53,403 nt of DNA from Comamonadaceae bacterium (GTDB taxonomy: Bacteria > Pseudomonadota > Gammaproteobacteria > Burkholderiales > Burkholderiaceae_C). The first letter of the stretch is position 1, and every line of letters begins with the position of its first letter. The DNA is taken from contig CANBQX010000001.1 in assembly GCA_947371775.1 (NCBI GenBank), positions 1-53,403 of the forward strand, written 5' to 3'. Below the pieces are notes generated by a model that had not been told where the DNA came from, searched no databases, and saw only the letters and a program-made list of their open reading frames with translations. Shown here piece by piece: positions 1 to 10,159 of this stretch. Made by a program: the position numbers and the translations under genes.

Positions 1-16
1 GCCTCTGCGCTGGCGA

Positions 17-1360
17 CTATTTCGCGAGCAATGCGTTGACCGGCTGCAGGTCGGCTTCGGCCAAGGTGCCGCTGGCTTGGCGCAAACGCAGGCTGCCCAT
101 CAGCACGTCATAGCGCGCCTTGGACAATTTGGCTTTGGTATCAAAGACCTGGCTTTGCGCGTTGAGCACATCGATGTTGATACGCACACCCACTTGGTAG
201 CCCAGCTTGTTGGCGTCCAAAGCACTTTGGCTGGACATATCGGCGGCTTCAAAGGCCTTGACCTGGCCCAGCCCCGACTCCACACCGTAAAACGCAGCAC
301 GTGTGCCCTGTGCCACCGCGCGCTGGGTTGACGCCAAATCCGCGCGGGCTTTTTCCTCCAAAGAGACCGTTTCTTTCTCACGGTTTTGAATGGCATAGCC
401 CGCAAACAGCGGCAAGGTGAAGTTCACACCAATGGACGTTGCATTGCTGCCGTAGTTGGTTCCGAGGGTGGCAGATCCATTGTTGGTAGCCGCTTGGTAG
501 CCTGCCACCAGGTCAAGGGTTGGCAAATGACCCGCACGGGCTTTGCGCGTTTCAAGCTGCGCGATGTCCAAGGCCACTTGCAGCTGTTTGATTGCCGGGT
601 GCTCTGACTGGGAACGGCTGACCCAGGCGTCCACGTCGGTCGCTGCAAACGTTTCTAAGGCCACCGGCTCCACCAGCGGCTTGGGCTGTGCGGTCTGTTG
701 GCCCACCAGGTTTGCTAACGCCAGTTTCTTGACGCGCAGGTCGTTGTCGGCCGCAATTTCCTGGGCTGTGACCAGGTCGAAGCGCGCCTGGGCTTCGCGG
801 GTATCGGTGATCGTTGCAGTGCCGACTTCGAAATTGCGCTTGGCGGAGGCGAGCTGCTCTTGCACCGCCGCCTTTTGGGCCTTGACAAAGGCGAGGCTGT
901 CGGTCGATGTCAGCACATCGAAATAGGCCTGGCTCAGGCGCACGATCAGGTCTTGCTCAGCGGCTTTGAGGGCCGCAGTGGCCTGGTCATTGGCACGCAG
1001 GCTTTGTTGGTAACTCGCATCGTCCGCGGGGTGGTACAGCGGGTGCGAAGCGCTGATACCTATGGTTTGCGTCGTGTAGCCGCGATCGTTCGAGCCAGCG
1101 CCTGGCATCGATTTGCTCTCGTAATTGGAGCCCGAATAAGCTGAAGACAGGCCTACTTTGGGCAGCACCAGCGCACGCGCCTGGTCCGCTTTGTAGAGCG
1201 TGGCGTCGTACTGGGCTTTGGCCGATTGGTAGCTCGCGTCGTAGGCCCGCGCAGCGGTGTAGAGGTCTACCAGGCTTTGTGCCTGTGCAGAGGCACCTAA
1301 GCCCAGTGCAAGCAGCAGAGGCAGGAGGCGGAACTGGGGGCGAAATGGAATGCTGGACAT
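17..1360 (-). CDS. tolC: TolC family outer membrane efflux channel
   Basis: Signal peptide (LLALGLGASAQA), two OEP repeats (RLSQAYFDVL; GYQVGVRINIDVLNAQ), 447 aa, last gene of the RND-pcm-rhodanese run. Confidence 0.92.
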   Translation of the reverse strand: MSSIPFRPQFRLLPLLLALGLGASAQAQSLVDLYTAARAYDASYQSAKAQYDATLYKADQARALVLPKVGLSSAYSGSNYESKSMPGAGSNDRGYTTQTIGISASHPLYHPADDASYQQSLRANDQATAALKAAEQDLIVRLSQAYFDVLTSTDSLAFVKAQKAAVQEQLASAKRNFEVGTATITDTREAQARFDLVTAQEIAADNDLRVKKLALANLVGQQTAQPKPLVEPVALETFAATDVDAWVSRSQSEHPAIKQLQVALDIAQLETRKARAGHLPTLDLVAGYQAATNNGSATLGTNYGSNATSIGVNFTLPLFAGYAIQNREKETVSLEEKARADLASTQRAVAQGTRAAFYGVESGLGQVKAFEAADMSSQSALDANKLGYQVGVRINIDVLNAQSQVFDTKAKLSKARYDVLMGSLRLRQASGTLAEADLQPVNALLAK

Positions 1361-1430
1361 AGGGGAGTCTCTGGTGAAGGAAGTCGTGTCTTAGGCGAAC
1401 GGGGATGGAGCTTGCAGTCGGCGTAAAAAA

Positions 1431-1793
1431 TCAATAGCGGGCCACAGCCGGATCCACTTGCAGGGACCAGGCATCGATGCCACCGGCAATATTGCTGACC
1501 TCGGCAAAGCCGTTGCTCACCAGAAAGCGGGCAACCTGCATGCTGCGGGCTCCGTGGTGGCACAGGCAGGCAATCGGCTGGTCGGGATCCAGCTCGTTCA
1601 AGCGGGCGGGCAATTGCCCCATGGGAATGGCGACCCATTGAAACCCCAATTGCGCCGCACTGGGTGCGATGCTGGCCCATTGCAGCTCGTGCGGCTCGCG
1701 CACGTCCAAGACGACCGGGCGGTCCAGCGGGTGCGACAGGGCTACGCTGGCGATCCAGCGCGCAAAGTCGGACGGTGCAATGTGGTCGATCAT
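1431..1793 (-). CDS. Single-domain rhodanese-like sulfurtransferase
   Basis: VLDVREPHE, active-site CHHGARS and GGIDAWS motifs; start placed at MIDHIAP (1793). Confidence 0.88.
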   Translation of the reverse strand: MIDHIAPSDFARWIASVALSHPLDRPVVLDVREPHELQWASIAPSAAQLGFQWVAIPMGQLPARLNELDPDQPIACLCHHGARSMQVARFLVSNGFAEVSNIAGGIDAWSLQVDPAVARY

Positions 1794-1820
1794 CCCAGGC
1801 ACGGCTCGCAACAGGTGCGC

Positions 1821-2483
1821 TTAAAAGTGGAATTGCGAGTGTTCTGCAAAACCGTGCAGGCGATCGGCATTGGCGTCCCACAGCTTGGTGGTGCGCACAT
1901 CGGTGGCTCCCACGCGGGTGACCAGTGTCGCGCTCATGATGGGTTTGTCGCCAACAATGGAAATCAGGCGTCCGCCCACGGCGAGCTGGTCGAGCAGGTG
2001 CTGGGGAACTTCAGCGACCGAGCCGCTTAGCAAAATGGCATCAAACGGGCCTTCGCCGCGCAGGGGTTTGGCACCGTCGGCCACGCGCACTTCGGCGTTG
2101 TGCACGCCGGCCCGCTGCAGGTTGGCGCGGGCGGTGGCAGCCAATTCGGGCTGAGTTTCAAGTGACAACACACTGGCAGCCCGGCGTGCCAGCAGGGCCG
2201 TCAGGTAACCCGAGCCGGTGCCGATTTCGAGCACGCGCTCATGCGACTGCACTTGCAGGTCTTGCAGCAGACGCGCTTGCAGACGCGGCGCGAGCATCGA
2301 TTCTCCGTGCCCGATGGACACTTCCATATCGGCAAAGGCCAGCGCGCGCTGCGCCTCAGGCACAAACTCCTCGCGGGCGACCTCGGCCAGCAAGCCCAAA
2401 ATTTCGGTGTCCAGCACGTTCCACGGCCGGATCTGTTGTTCGATCATGTTGAATCGGGCTTGGGCGACATTGCTAAGGTTCAT
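1821..2483 (-). CDS. pcm: Protein-L-isoaspartate O-methyltransferase family
   Basis: ARFNMIEQQIRPW N-terminus and SAM motif VLEIGTGSGY; start placed at MNLSNVAQ (2483). Confidence 0.9.
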   Translation of the reverse strand: MNLSNVAQARFNMIEQQIRPWNVLDTEILGLLAEVAREEFVPEAQRALAFADMEVSIGHGESMLAPRLQARLLQDLQVQSHERVLEIGTGSGYLTALLARRAASVLSLETQPELAATARANLQRAGVHNAEVRVADGAKPLRGEGPFDAILLSGSVAEVPQHLLDQLAVGGRLISIVGDKPIMSATLVTRVGATDVRTTKLWDANADRLHGFAEHSQFHF

Positions 2484-2527
2484 ACAGCGTCTCACTGGTT
2501 TATCGGGTAAAGGAAATAGCGCCAATT

Positions 2528-5500
2528 TTACTGGTGGGGTGTGTCAGACGATGCTTGCCCGGCGCCCAGCCCCAAAATTTTGCGCCCCCACTGCGCCAGA
2601 TCATCCATGTAGCAGTACACCACCGGCACCACGACCAGCGTCAGCAGTGAAGAGGTGATAACGCCGCCGATCACGGCCTGGCCCATGGGCGCACGCATTT
2701 CTGAGCCCTCGGTCAAGGCAAAAGCCAGCGGAATCATGCCGAACACCATGGCCAGCGTGGTCATCAAAATCGGGCGCAGCCGCACTTTGGCTGCCAGCAG
2801 CAAGGCGGCATTGCGGTCCAGGCCCGGCACCAAACTGCCATCGGCTGCGACACTGGGTTCGCGCGAACGAATGGCAAAGTCGACCAGCAAGATCGCGTTT
2901 TTGGTGACCAAGCCCATCAGCATGATGACGCCAATCACCGAAAACATCGACAAGGTGGAATTGAACATCATCAGCGCCAGCACCACGCCAATCAGCGTCA
3001 GCGGCAGGGCGGTCATCAGTGCCATGGGCTGCAAGAAGCTTTTGAACTGGCTGGCCAGAATCATGTAAATGAACACGATGGCCAGTGCCAATGCCGATAT
3101 GGCGTAGCCAAAGGCTTCGGCCATGTCTTTGGTCGAACCGCTGAACTTGTAGCTGTAGCCTTGGGGCAAGGCGATCTGGTCCATCACCTTTTTGATGTCA
3201 GCCGATACCTCGCCCGCAGAGCGGCCGGACACGTTGGCGCTGATGGCGACTTCGCGCGTCATATCGCGGCGGTTGATTTGGTTGGAGCCGGTGCTCTCGG
3301 CGACGGTGGCGACCTGGTTCAGCCGAACAATGCGGGTGCTTCCATCAGCAGCGCTTGTAAGGGCGAAGGGGATCCGTTCCAGGTCTTGTGGTGTGTTGCG
3401 CGCTTCGGGTTGGAGCCTGACGTTGATGTCATAGGTTTGGTCGTCGGGTGCGCGCCAGTTGCCCACGGTTTGACCGGCCACCAAGGTGCGCAGACTGGTG
3501 CCAATTTGCGCCACGCTGAGTCCCAGGTCCGATGCCGCGTCGCGGCGCACCGCCACATTGAGCGTCGGTTTGTTGGGCTTGAAGCTGGAATCCAAATCCA
3601 CCAGGCCGGGCACATTTTTCAGCTGAACCAGGGCGGTTTGGGTCAGGCGCTCCAGCGTGGGGGTGTCTGCCCCTTGGATCGAAAACAAAATTTGCTTGCT
3701 GCCGCCGACCGAGTCCATCAGGCCGATGTGGGTCACGGTGATGCCCGGCACTTCTTGCAGGCGCTTGCGCAATTTGACCGACATTTGATCAATGCTGAGA
3801 TTGCGTTCCTTGCGGTCCACCATGCGGATGTAAATGCTGGCGTACATCTTGCCCTGCGCATTGCCGGTGTTGATGGTTGCCAGCGTGTACTTCACTTCGG
3901 GGAAGGCGCGGACGATGGCCTCGACCTGCCGCGCCTTGGCCTCGGTCACCTCCAGCGAGGTGCCGGTGGGGGTGTTGAAGTTCAGCGTGGTCTCCGAAAA
4001 ATCTGACTTGGGCACGAACTCCGTGCCCAGCAAAGGCACCATCGCCACACTGAGCACGAAGACGCCCACTGCCAACAGCACGGTCTTGACCTTGTGCACC
4101 AAGGCCCAGGCCAGGATGCCTTGGTAGCCATCGGCCAAAGACTCGGTCGTGCGTTCAAACCAGCCCGTGATGCGGCCCAAGGTGCGGTCGTAGAGGGTGA
4201 TGGGCGGGCCGCGCCGGCTGTGGTGCTCCACCGCCGGGTCGTGCCAGATGCTCGACAGCATTGGGTCCAGGGTAAAGCTGACAAACATGGATATCAGCAC
4301 AGCGGCCACGATGGTCAGACCAAACTCGTGGAAGAACTTGCCGATGATGCCGCCCATGAAACCAATGGGCAAAAACACCGCGACGATCGACAGGGTGGTG
4401 GCCAGCACCGCCAGACCAATTTCCTGGGTGCCATCGAGCGCCGCTTGGAAGGGCGTTTTGCCCAATTGCACATGGCGCACGATGTTTTCCCGCACCACGA
4501 TGGCGTCATCGATCAGCAGACCCACGCACAGGCTCAGGGCCATCATGGTGATCATGTTGATGGTGAAGCCGAACACGTACATGAAGAAAAAGGTGCCGAT
4601 CAAGGCAATGGGCAGCGTCAGCCCAGTAATCACCGTGGAGCGCCAGGAGTTCAGGAACAGGAACACGATCAAGACGGTGAGCAGCGCCCCTTCGATCAAG
4701 GTGCGGCGCACGTTGTCCACCGAGACACGAATTTGCCGTGATCCATCGGTGATCGGCGCCAATTTGATGCCGGGCGGCAGTTGCTTTTGAACTTCCGCCA
4801 AGGTTTTTTGCAGACCGTCGACCACCGCAATGGTGTTCTCGTCTTGCATTTTTTGCACGGTAAGCATGAGTGTGCGCTCGCCGTTGTACAGCGCCAGGCT
4901 GTCGATTTCCTGTGCACCATCGCGCACCTGGGCGAGTTGGCCGACCCGCACCGCTGCACCGTTTTTGCGCGCCACGATGATGTTGGCAAAGTCTTCCGGG
5001 CGTTGCACGCGCGCCGCGATTTGGATGGTGCGCTCTTGCTGTAGGGAACGAATGCTGCCGACCGGCAGGTCTTGGTTTTCATTGCGCACCGCGTTGGCCA
5101 CCTGGTCGGGTGTGATGCCAAACGACTCCAAGGCTTTGGGGTCGAGGTAAATATTGATTTCGCGCTTGGTGCCGCCCACGATGGTGGCAGAACCCACGCC
5201 GCGCACGTTCTCCAGCCGCTTTTTAAACACCTGGTCGGCCCAGTTGGTCATTTCTACGGCGCTCAGACGGGGTGCGCCCGCGCTGGTGTCTGGCAACACA
5301 GCGACCGACCAGACCGCCTTGGCAGACGGGTCAAAGCGCAACACGCGGGGCTCTTTGACCTCGGTGCGAAGCAGGGGTTTGACCGAGGCGACTTTTTCGC
5401 GCACATCGTCTGCCGCTTTGCGGCCATCGATGTGCAGACCAAATTCGATCACCACCACCGATTGTCCCTCGTAGCTGCGCGAGGTCAGGGCGTTGATGCC

Positions 5501-5725
5501 GGCGATGGAATTGACGCCTTCCTCCATTTTTTTGGAGACTTCGCTCTCCACAATTTCAGGCGATGCTCCGGGATATTCGGTGATGACCACCACCACGGGA
5601 AAGTCGATATTGGGAAACTGGTCGACCTGCAGGCGCTGCAACGAAAAAACGCCCAGCACCATCAGTGCCACCATCATCATGGTGGCGAACACCGGGTTGT
5701 GGATGCTGACGCGTGTGAACCACAT
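2528..5725 (-). CDS. RND efflux permease (AcrB/AcrD/AcrF family)
   Basis: 1065 aa; DQFPNIDFP N-terminus; proton-relay motifs LIDDAIVVREN, VTKNAILL and RLRPILMT are intact. Confidence 0.95.
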   Translation of the reverse strand: MWFTRVSIHNPVFATMMMVALMVLGVFSLQRLQVDQFPNIDFPVVVVITEYPGASPEIVESEVSKKMEEGVNSIAGINALTSRSYEGQSVVVIEFGLHIDGRKAADDVREKVASVKPLLRTEVKEPRVLRFDPSAKAVWSVAVLPDTSAGAPRLSAVEMTNWADQVFKKRLENVRGVGSATIVGGTKREINIYLDPKALESFGITPDQVANAVRNENQDLPVGSIRSLQQERTIQIAARVQRPEDFANIIVARKNGAAVRVGQLAQVRDGAQEIDSLALYNGERTLMLTVQKMQDENTIAVVDGLQKTLAEVQKQLPPGIKLAPITDGSRQIRVSVDNVRRTLIEGALLTVLIVFLFLNSWRSTVITGLTLPIALIGTFFFMYVFGFTINMITMMALSLCVGLLIDDAIVVRENIVRHVQLGKTPFQAALDGTQEIGLAVLATTLSIVAVFLPIGFMGGIIGKFFHEFGLTIVAAVLISMFVSFTLDPMLSSIWHDPAVEHHSRRGPPITLYDRTLGRITGWFERTTESLADGYQGILAWALVHKVKTVLLAVGVFVLSVAMVPLLGTEFVPKSDFSETTLNFNTPTGTSLEVTEAKARQVEAIVRAFPEVKYTLATINTGNAQGKMYASIYIRMVDRKERNLSIDQMSVKLRKRLQEVPGITVTHIGLMDSVGGSKQILFSIQGADTPTLERLTQTALVQLKNVPGLVDLDSSFKPNKPTLNVAVRRDAASDLGLSVAQIGTSLRTLVAGQTVGNWRAPDDQTYDINVRLQPEARNTPQDLERIPFALTSAADGSTRIVRLNQVATVAESTGSNQINRRDMTREVAISANVSGRSAGEVSADIKKVMDQIALPQGYSYKFSGSTKDMAEAFGYAISALALAIVFIYMILASQFKSFLQPMALMTALPLTLIGVVLALMMFNSTLSMFSVIGVIMLMGLVTKNAILLVDFAIRSREPSVAADGSLVPGLDRNAALLLAAKVRLRPILMTTLAMVFGMIPLAFALTEGSEMRAPMGQAVIGGVITSSLLTLVVVPVVYCYMDDLAQWGRKILGLGAGQASSDTPHQ

Positions 5726-5728
5726 AAC

Positions 5729-6862
5729 TTACTTTGCGCCCGCAGCCAGGCTGACTTCGGTGTTGGCCTGCACCGGGCCCACGCCGCCAATGAGCACCAC
5801 AGTGCCTTGCGGCACACCCGTCACCGCCACCATGGTTTGCTCACCTTGCGCACCCCGTGTGCCCAAAGTGACCGGCACATGCTGCACGCGTCCATTGACG
5901 ACAGCTTGCACATACGGCTGCGGTTTGTCCGTGCGCACGGCACTCAGCGGAAGGGCCGGTGCGCTCACCGTGCCCGTCGCAAGCAAGCCTTCGGCATACA
6001 GACCCTGTCGCAAGGCATCGGTGCTCGCAATCGTCAGGTAGACCAGCACCGCGCGGCTGCCCGTGGTGGCGGTGGGGTTGATGCGAGCCACCTTGGCGGC
6101 GACCGGGTTCGCCGCGCCATCAAAACGCAGGGAGGCACTTTGCCCCACGCGCACTTGCATGGCGTCTGCCACGGCGATGGTGGATTCGAGTTCCAGTCGA
6201 CGCAGATCCACGATTTCCAAAATGCGGGCATCCACCGACACGCGTTCGCCGTTTTGTGCCAAGCGCTGCGAGACCTGCCCGGCAATGGGTGCGCGCAGCA
6301 CCGCATCGTCCAGAGATTTTTGCAGTACTTCGACACCGGCCTGCGCCGCCAGATAACTGGCTTGGGCGGCAGCCAAGGTGGAGGCCGATGCTTCCAAACT
6401 GGTTTTAGAAATAAAGCCCTGGTCGACCAGTGAGCGGTTGTTGTCATTGCTGCGCTGGGCAATCTCGACCTGCGCTTTGGCGGCTTGTGCCTGTTGTTGG
6501 GCTTGGCGCAAGCGGGCGACAAACTCGGTGCTGTCCACCCGGGCCACGATTTGTCCGGCTTTGACGAAATCACCCTCGCGCAGCTGCAAGTCTTGCAATT
6601 CACCGGCCACACGGGCTTTGACAAATGCCGAATCCACCGCTTTGGTCTGGCCAGAAATGGGCAGTCCTTGGGACAGTTGCAGGGTCTGCACGGTCACCAC
6701 ATCGCTGGGTGCCAATTGCATCGCGAGCCTGTTTTTCTGATCTTCTTGCTGCGCTTCAATCAGTTGCTTTTGTTGTTTTCGCGATTGGTAGGTGTGCCAT
6801 CCGCCGGCGGCAAGAGCGCCGACGGTCGCCGCCAGCAAGATCCATTTGAGTGGGAGTTTCAT
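5729..6862 (-). CDS. RND periplasmic adaptor (membrane fusion protein)
   Basis: N-terminal TM, lipoyl half motifs (EGDFVKAGQ; LRAPIAGQV), coiled coil; adjacent to the RND gene. Confidence 0.93.
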   Translation of the reverse strand: MKLPLKWILLAATVGALAAGGWHTYQSRKQQKQLIEAQQEDQKNRLAMQLAPSDVVTVQTLQLSQGLPISGQTKAVDSAFVKARVAGELQDLQLREGDFVKAGQIVARVDSTEFVARLRQAQQQAQAAKAQVEIAQRSNDNNRSLVDQGFISKTSLEASASTLAAAQASYLAAQAGVEVLQKSLDDAVLRAPIAGQVSQRLAQNGERVSVDARILEIVDLRRLELESTIAVADAMQVRVGQSASLRFDGAANPVAAKVARINPTATTGSRAVLVYLTIASTDALRQGLYAEGLLATGTVSAPALPLSAVRTDKPQPYVQAVVNGRVQHVPVTLGTRGAQGEQTMVAVTGVPQGTVVLIGGVGPVQANTEVSLAAGAK

Positions 6863-6874
6863 TGAAATGGCGCC

Positions 6875-7567
6875 TTAGGGCGCTGTTGCGGAGTCAGGAG
6901 GGGTATTGGCGGTGCGCACACCCATGCCATACAAAAGAACGTCGATTTGTTTGTCTAAAAACGCGGGGCCATCCAAGGCCATGGCGCCAGACAAACCAGG
7001 CGCGCTGTTCCACAGCATCAGAAACAAAATCGGAGCGAGCAGCGTGTACACGCTGTGGGTGGAGACGGGGCCATGCAATTCGCCGCGCTGCACGCCGCGC
7101 TCCAGTACCCGCGAGATCACCTGGCAAGCGGGGTCAATGACCTCCGTGCGGTAGAACTCCGCCAGCTCCGGAAATTGCCGTCCCTCGCTCACCATGAGTT
7201 TGCAAATGCCTGCGCTGTGTGTGGCGCCCACGCGGGCCCACCACGCCGCCATAAAACCGCGCATCAAGGACTCGGTGCTACCGGTGTAGCTGTCCAGTGC
7301 CACGTTGAATTCAGAGAATTGCCCGGCGATGTTTTCGCGCACCACCGCTTTGAAGAGTTCTTCTTTGGAGCCGAAATACAAAAACAAGGTGCCCTTGGAT
7401 ACCCCTGCGCGCTTGGCCACGTCTTCGGCCTTGGTGGCGGCGAAGCCTTGCTCGACGAACAGCGCAAGGGCCGCATCGAGCAGCTCTCGGGGGCGCGCGT
7501 CTTTGCGCCGCTCGCGCTTGGGGGCAGCGGGGCAGGCGAGGTCTCGAAGGCGGGTGCGGAGGTTCAT
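6875..7567 (-). CDS. TetR/AcrR family transcriptional regulator
   Basis: [29 protein letters not shown]. Confidence 0.93.
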   Translation of the reverse strand: MNLRTRLRDLACPAAPKRERRKDARPRELLDAALALFVEQGFAATKAEDVAKRAGVSKGTLFLYFGSKEELFKAVVRENIAGQFSEFNVALDSYTGSTESLMRGFMAAWWARVGATHSAGICKLMVSEGRQFPELAEFYRTEVIDPACQVISRVLERGVQRGELHGPVSTHSVYTLLAPILFLMLWNSAPGLSGAMALDGPAFLDKQIDVLLYGMGVRTANTPPDSATAP

Positions 7568-7571
7568 GTTT

Positions 7572-7591
7572 TACTGACTGGCAGGTTAGTA
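7572..7591. promoter_or_regulatory. Putative TetR operator (imperfect palindrome TACTGAC-N6-GTTAGTA)
   Basis: Inverted repeat with one mismatch, 4 nt upstream of the tetR start codon. Confidence 0.6.
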
Positions 7592-7731
7592 GTGTAGGTC
7601 TGCGCCCCCGGTGAGTCAACGTGGCCCCCATGTCCCTGAGGTAAAGTTGCCGTGGATTTGCGCACTTTATGCAGGGGAAACCCGGGCGGCTTATGCTCGC
7701 GTTCTCTACAGGTCAACCTAAGCCCATCACC

Positions 7732-8274
7732 ATGCAACATTCCACCCAAACCCTCGCCCTGGGCGCTGGCTGCTTCTGGTGCAGCGAATCGGTCTATCTG
7801 CAAGTGCGCGGCATGCAGTTGGTGGAATCCGGCTACTGCAATGGCCACCTGCCCGACCCCAGCTATGACGATGTGTGCACAGGCACCAGCGGGCACAACG
7901 AAGTGGTCAAGCTCGAATTCGACACTTCGGTGATCAGCGTGCGCGAAGTGCTGGAGATTTTTTTCCTGATCCACGACCCCACCACCCTGAATCGCCAAGG
8001 GCACGACGTGGGCACCCAGTACCGCAGCGGCATCTACTGCACCACGCCCGAACAACTGGAAGTCGCCCAAACACTGGTCGCGGAAGTGAATGCCAGCGGC
8101 GTCTATGCCGATCCCATCGTCACTGAAGTGCAGATGCTGAAGAACTATGCCCGCGCCGAGGAGTACCACCAAAACTTCTTTGCCCGCAACCCTACGCAGG
8201 GCTATTGCGTGGCGGTGGCTGCGCCCAAGGTGGCGAAATTCCGCAAGACCTTTGCCCGTTTGGCCAAGGCCTAG
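7732..8274 (+). CDS. msrA: Peptide-methionine (S)-S-oxide reductase
   Basis: GCFWC, HDPTTLNRQG, GTQYRS and AEEYHQ motifs; start placed at MQHSTQ. Confidence 0.95.
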   Translation: MQHSTQTLALGAGCFWCSESVYLQVRGMQLVESGYCNGHLPDPSYDDVCTGTSGHNEVVKLEFDTSVISVREVLEIFFLIHDPTTLNRQGHDVGTQYRSGIYCTTPEQLEVAQTLVAEVNASGVYADPIVTEVQMLKNYARAEEYHQNFFARNPTQGYCVAVAAPKVAKFRKTFARLAKA

Positions 8275-8298
8275 GTATTTTTTTGACAGGAGGCATCC

Positions 8299-8859
8299 AT
8301 GCCTGCAACTCTCTCTTCAAATCCACATCTCAACCTGGCCGCTCATGCACTCGCTGTGTGCCTTGGCGCGGCGGTGGCCTTGTCAGTGCCCCGTCCAGCA
8401 CAGGCCCAATTGAGCGCACCGGTGGGTGAGGGCGTCATTCCCCAGGGCAGCGGCGCGGGTTACCACAGCCCCAACAGCCCCTTTGCGCCCTTGGCCGAAC
8501 GCAGCGACGTTCTGCCATGGTCGCTGCTGACGGCGGTCAAAACCAAGGCGGATAAAAACCACGTGTTGCCGGTGTTCAGCGCCAACTTGCAGGCACTGAA
8601 TCAAAAAAATCAACGGGTGCAGGGATTCATGATGCCCTTGGATCCCGGCGAAAAACAGAAGCACTTTATTGTGAGTTCCGTGCCCCTGACCTGCGCGTTT
8701 TGCCTGCCGGGCGGTCCGGAAAGCATGGTGGAGGTGCGTACCAAAACGCCGGTGCGTTACACCTTGGAACCTGTGGTCATTGAAGGCAAGTTCGCGGTGC
8801 TTGCCGACGACCCCTATGGCCTGTACTACCGGATGACGGACGCAACGGCCGTCAAGTAG
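8299..8859 (+). CDS. Exported DUF3299-like protein
   Basis: Signal peptide; GFMMPLD and CAFCLPGGPESMVEV (CxxC) pattern typical of this family. Confidence 0.7.
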   Translation: MPATLSSNPHLNLAAHALAVCLGAAVALSVPRPAQAQLSAPVGEGVIPQGSGAGYHSPNSPFAPLAERSDVLPWSLLTAVKTKADKNHVLPVFSANLQALNQKNQRVQGFMMPLDPGEKQKHFIVSSVPLTCAFCLPGGPESMVEVRTKTPVRYTLEPVVIEGKFAVLADDPYGLYYRMTDATAVK

Positions 8860-8872
8860 CCCGCCTCGGCGC

Positions 8873-9511
8873 TCAGGGCGCTAATCGTTCCCGCACCCAT
8901 TGCTGATCGTCGTTCAGGCGATAACGCAGCCGGTCGTGCAGTCGGCTCTTGCGTCCCTGCCAAAACTCCCAGGTGTCGGGTTGGAGCCGGTAACCCCCCC
9001 AATGGGGCGGGCGCGGTGGATTGAGCATAAATTGCGCTGCAAATTTGGCGGCATTGGCCACCAGCACGCCGCGGCCACTGATGACCTCGCTTTGCGGCGA
9101 GGCCCAGGCCCCAATGCGCGAATCCAAGGGGCGGCTGTGGAAGTAGGCGTCTGCTTCTGCATCGTTCACCTTTTCCACCACGCCTTCAATGCGAACCACC
9201 CGCTCCAGCTCCACCCAGTGAAACTGCAGGGCGGCATAGGGGTTGCCCGCCAGCTCCTGGCCCTTGCGGCCGGCGAAATTGGTGTACCACACAATGCCTT
9301 GGGCGTCGTAGCCCTTGATCAACACCACCCGGGTGGAGGGACGCAGATTGCTGCCCACCGTGGCCAAGGTCATGGCATTGGGCTCAGGCACCTCACCGGC
9401 GATGGCCTCGGTGAGCCACTGGTCAAACTGGTCCAATGGATGGGCCTGCGAGGCGCCTTCATTGAGCTCGGCGCGCTCGTAGCTTTTGCGAATGTCTGCG
9501 ATCGATGTCAT
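8873..9511 (-). CDS. pdxH: Pyridoxamine 5'-phosphate oxidase
   Basis: [29 protein letters not shown] and C-terminal ERLAP; start placed at MTSIADIR. Confidence 0.96.
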   Translation of the reverse strand: MTSIADIRKSYERAELNEGASQAHPLDQFDQWLTEAIAGEVPEPNAMTLATVGSNLRPSTRVVLIKGYDAQGIVWYTNFAGRKGQELAGNPYAALQFHWVELERVVRIEGVVEKVNDAEADAYFHSRPLDSRIGAWASPQSEVISGRGVLVANAAKFAAQFMLNPPRPPHWGGYRLQPDTWEFWQGRKSRLHDRLRYRLNDDQQWVRERLAP

Positions 9512-9683
9512 GTAGTGCCCTGAAGTTTTCTTAAGTGTGCCACCGTCCGGTCGGCGACACCCTGCCACGGCTAATGTGCCTGAAACAGGGAATACCCTAG
9601 CCTGATTTTGGTGGTTTTTGCAATTTAATCGGTGGGTGATCCGTATTGAGTGTGCGTCATAAGTAATAACCTGGAGAACTCTG

Positions 9684-10148
9684 ATGAGTGTTAATTTTCA
9701 AATTAACGGTAAAGCCGTTACTGCCAAGGCCGAGGGTGATACACCGCTGTTGTGGGTGATCCGCGACGAGCTGGGCATGACCGGAACCAAATTTGGTTGT
9801 GGCGCAGGCCTGTGCGGCGCTTGCACCATTCATGTGGATGGCAAGCCGGTACGCTCTTGCCAGACCCAGACCTCCAATGTGGCTGGTAAAAACGTTGCCA
9901 CGGTCGAAAGCCTCTCCAAGGACAACAGCCACCCTCTGCAAGCGGCTTGGGTCAAACATGATGTCCCCCAGTGCGGCTACTGCCAGTCGGGCCAGTTGAT
10001 GAGTGCTGCCGCGCTCTTGGCCACCAACAAGAACCCCAGTGACGCAGATATTGATGCAGCCATGAGCGGCAACATTTGCCGCTGTGGCACATATTCGCGC
10101 ATCAAGGCAGCCATCAAAGATGCAGCCTCCACCATGAACAAAGCATAA
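9684..10148 (+). CDS. 2x[2Fe-2S] small subunit, IorA/CoxS-like
   Basis: [24 protein letters not shown] and NICRCGTY. Confidence 0.93.
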   Translation: MSVNFQINGKAVTAKAEGDTPLLWVIRDELGMTGTKFGCGAGLCGACTIHVDGKPVRSCQTQTSNVAGKNVATVESLSKDNSHPLQAAWVKHDVPQCGYCQSGQLMSAAALLATNKNPSDADIDAAMSGNICRCGTYSRIKAAIKDAASTMNKA

Positions 10149-10159
10149 GGAGCATCAAC

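Noticed and set aside
9512-9683. Moco riboswitch upstream of the iorA-like gene
   Set aside because: I could not recognise the conserved aptamer; an Infernal/Rfam scan would be decisive
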